Shown piece by piece: positions 22,406 to 24,401 of a DNA stretch of 24,401 bases. Position numbers and translations under genes: made by a program. Position 1 is the first letter of the stretch. Each line of letters opens with the position of its first letter. Source of the DNA: a virus (Duplodnaviria; Caudoviricetes); IMG/VR virus record IMGVR_UViG_3300033513_000370, positions 1 through 24,401 of that record. One strand, 5' to 3'. Below the pieces are notes generated by a model. The model had not been told where the DNA came from, searched no databases, and saw nothing but the letters and a program-made list of their open reading frames with translations.

Positions 22406-22434
22406 ACTTTACCCTAATTTGATACGAACGTCAA
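22406..22434 (-). promoter_or_regulatory. early promoter, repeat B copy 1
   Basis: TTGACG-N17-TAAAGT containing TATCAAATTAGGGTAA. Confidence 0.7.
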
Positions 22435-22437
22435 CCG

Positions 22438-22995
22438 TTACCACACAGGATCAGTGATGACCAACTGTGGAACTTTTGCGGATGGATGGCGCCACATGAC
22501 ATTACCATCGTGAATGTCTTCTTCGTGGAATCTGTACAATTCAATCAGCATTTTAGTGGCTGCCTGAAAAGCCTTGTTTTCACACGATTCTCTTGCGTAA
22601 ACAATAGGCCACCGTTCCAAATTGTGTATGCTGGTCAGGTTGTATTTGTTAAGACCTTGTTTTCTTGCAGCAGCCCGAACCTTTGTGTATTTTGTGAGCT
22701 TTTCCATTACGACAACGTAATAGTTATCGCAGCCAATTTGTTCGCCATCATATATCTTAATGGACTGGATTCTTGGAAAGAGCGGATTCTTTTGGTTGAT
22801 GCCAGACAAGAAGCGCAAGTATGCGTCTTCGTGCAAATCATCGTAGAACCCAATCTTGCAAACTGTGTTTGTCTTGGGCACAGAAAGCGCAATCGAAAAT
22901 TGTCCAGACCCAATTCGCTTGTATCCCACCAGTTTCAAGTGGTTGATCAAGTCTTTTGCGGACATCTTTGCAGGTTTAACTTTTGGCAATTTCAT
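22438..22995 (-). CDS. protein kinase-like enzyme
   Basis: IGSGQFS glycine loop, VCKI lysine, VVMEKL hinge, DIHDGNVM catalytic loop, ITDP. Confidence 0.85.
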   Translation of the reverse strand: MKLPKVKPAKMSAKDLINHLKLVGYKRIGSGQFSIALSVPKTNTVCKIGFYDDLHEDAYLRFLSGINQKNPLFPRIQSIKIYDGEQIGCDNYYVVVMEKLTKYTKVRAAARKQGLNKYNLTSIHNLERWPIVYARESCENKAFQAATKMLIELYRFHEEDIHDGNVMWRHPSAKVPQLVITDPVW

Positions 22996-23021
22996 ATCAT
23001 CACCTCATTAACAATGGTAGC

Positions 23022-23082
23022 ATATTACCCTAATTGATATGAAATGTCAAGGGTTGACAATAACAATAATATGTGTTACGAT
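23022..23082. promoter_or_regulatory. back-to-back divergent promoters (includes repeat B copy 2)
   Basis: - strand TTGACA-N17-TAATAT containing TATCAATTAGGGTAA; + strand TTGACA(23054)-N17-TACGAT. Confidence 0.8.
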
Positions 23083-23106
23083 GACGCTACCTTATAGGAG
23101 ACATAT

Positions 23107-23559
23107 ATGTTAGCAAAAGCTTACAAAATTGCCGCAACAGAGTTCGTCGATATCAAAGATAAGGGTGGTCGTCCATACTTTGAACATCTCGTAGCAGTAA
23201 TGTTCTTACTTGGTGATGTTGATGACGAAATAAGACAAATTTCAATCCTGCATGACCTCATCGAAGATACGAAGTATACGTACGCGCGGCTGGAAGCGGA
23301 TGGGTTTAGTGCCCGCGTTATTGCTGGTGTTAGAGCAATAACAAAACAACGCGGTCAAACATATGCAGAATATAAAGCTGCCGTGATGGCTAATCATGAT
23401 GCTATTTTGGTGAAGATTGCTGACTTGACACACAATAGCGATATCCGTCGGATCAAGGATCCAGGGCAAGCAGACTTGGACAGGACAATGAAGTATCGTC
23501 AGTTTTATACGGAGCTTCGGGCAGCCGCAAACACTTGGAGTTTTGATGATATCGCGTGA
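23107..23559 (+). CDS. HD-domain hydrolase, Mesh1/small alarmone hydrolase-like
   Basis: GRPYFEHL...ILHDLIEDT...VKIADLTHN; AGGAG SD. Confidence 0.88.
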   Translation: MLAKAYKIAATEFVDIKDKGGRPYFEHLVAVMFLLGDVDDEIRQISILHDLIEDTKYTYARLEADGFSARVIAGVRAITKQRGQTYAEYKAAVMANHDAILVKIADLTHNSDIRRIKDPGQADLDRTMKYRQFYTELRAAANTWSFDDIA

Positions 23560-23696
23560 GTTGAGAATTAGTTGCCAGTTGCCCACATTGTGGGCATTGG
23601 TATTTTGCTCGATTCTTTGCTCGTTCAGATATTAATTTTTTTGTTCGGTGGTGTAGGTGCCATCGTATTGTACATGCATTAAGGAGAGTGAAATGA
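23556..23696 (+). pseudogene. small Zn-ribbon ORF interrupted by TGA at codon 3
   Basis: GTG AGT TGA GAA...: MS*ELVASCPHCGHWYF...WCRCHRIVHALRRVK*, with GTGA and ATGA overlaps at its two ends. Confidence 0.4.
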
Positions 23697-23923
23697 TAAT
23701 TTTTAGAATTGTAACATTGATGTTCATTGTTTGTGTGATAGCCTTTGTAATCACGCAGATATTTGTCCCAGCCTTGCAGGGACGTGCTTTATTTCCGTGG
23801 TTCAGAACACAACGCAAGTTGGAAACCGAACTCGCTGATTTGAAGCAGAAGGAAGCAGAAGACAAGGTGAAAGATGTAATTGACAACATGAAAAAGGAGA
23901 AAGACAGTGGCAGCAATACCTAG
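23693..23923 (+). CDS. single-TM protein with coiled-coil tail
   Basis: AAGGAG SD; hydrophobic N-terminus; TQIFVP..GRALFPWFR. Confidence 0.8.
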   Translation: MIIFRIVTLMFIVCVIAFVITQIFVPALQGRALFPWFRTQRKLETELADLKQKEAEDKVKDVIDNMKKEKDSGSNT

Positions 23924-24401
23924 TATCAAACTTAACAACCGCAGTATCGCCGCAATAGTTGGTGGTTTTCTGTTGCTCGTAGTTGGCGTGGTCATTATGC
24001 CCATGCTGGTCGAGGTGCAGGATGCCAAAGACATTATGGTGATCCAGTATCCTACTGGCGAATTGAAGGTGTTCACTGAACCTGGTCCTCACGCACAGTG
24101 GTTCGGCAAGGTCACCGTATATCCTCGCCAATCGCAGTATTCATTCTGCTCTACCGTGGCTGGTGCAGGAAATGAAACGAAATGCCCTGGTGCAACATCT
24201 GGTGCAGAACGTGTTCGTTTCTCTGAAGGTGGTCACGCTTTGCTGACTGGTGCTGTGAACTGGGAAATGCCTCTCGATACTGAGAGCATTCTGAAAATTC
24301 ACAAGAAGTTCAACTCCGAAGAAGCAATCGAGTCGATGGCTGTTGGCAAGATGCTGGACTCTGCTGTATATTTCAGCGGACCGTTGATGACTTCTACTGA
24401 A
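23907..24401 (+). CDS. SPFH/band-7 family membrane protein (partial)
   Basis: AGGAGA SD, GTG start; TM helix, then VIQYPTGELKVFTEPGPHAQWFGKVTVY...VRFSEGGHA...MPLD; open to window end. Confidence 0.75.
   Translation, partial: MAAIPSIKLNNRSIAAIVGGFLLLVVGVVIMPMLVEVQDAKDIMVIQYPTGELKVFTEPGPHAQWFGKVTVYPRQSQYSFCSTVAGAGNETKCPGATSGAERVRFSEGGHALLTGAVNWEMPLDTESILKIHKKFNSEEAIESMAVGKMLDSAVYFSGPLMTSTE

Noticed and set aside
1-24401. CRISPR array, tRNA or rRNA genes
   Set aside because: No regularly spaced direct repeats and no cloverleaf with a T-loop were seen; intergenic gaps are short and explained by promoters. tRNAscan/Infernal were not run.
1-24401. Genome-wide stop-codon reassignment (prompted by in-frame TGAs at 2952, 8834 and 23562)
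   Set aside because: TAA, TAG and TGA all end well-formed genes, many with ATGA coupling, and long genes are intact under code 11.

Overview
The window looks like part of a large, lytic, T4-superfamily or jumbo-type bacteriophage genome. It is an accessory/early region with about 70 short, tightly packed ORFs, mostly on the - strand. Two promoter classes are visible: many sigma70-like promoters (TTGACw-N17-TAnnAT) and a T4-late-like box (ATAAATA). Recognisable products are an ATP-dependent DNA ligase, a J-domain protein, a Cys-based protein phosphatase, a protein kinase-like enzyme, an HD (Mesh1/SAH-like) hydrolase, a MazG-like protein, YqeY, L7/L12-like, S4-like and ClpX-zinc-finger-like stand-alone domains, a 2OG-Fe(II) oxygenase-like protein, a glycine-rich-domain protein and an SPFH protein. 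There are also six endonuclease-type genes: EndoVII, three GIY-YIG, HNH and one truncated gene. The most striking non-coding signals are three. (i) A ~115-bp regulatory cassette is shared by two GIY-YIG paralogues: late promoter, covarying bulged hairpin, SD, and an opposing late box embedded in codons 5-8, predicting a ~80-nt antisense RNA. (ii) A nested attenuator/pseudoknot leader precedes a truncated endonuclease. (iii) Duplicated promoters bracket gene modules. No tRNA, rRNA or CRISPR array was seen. All family calls come from motif recognition by eye, not from database searches.
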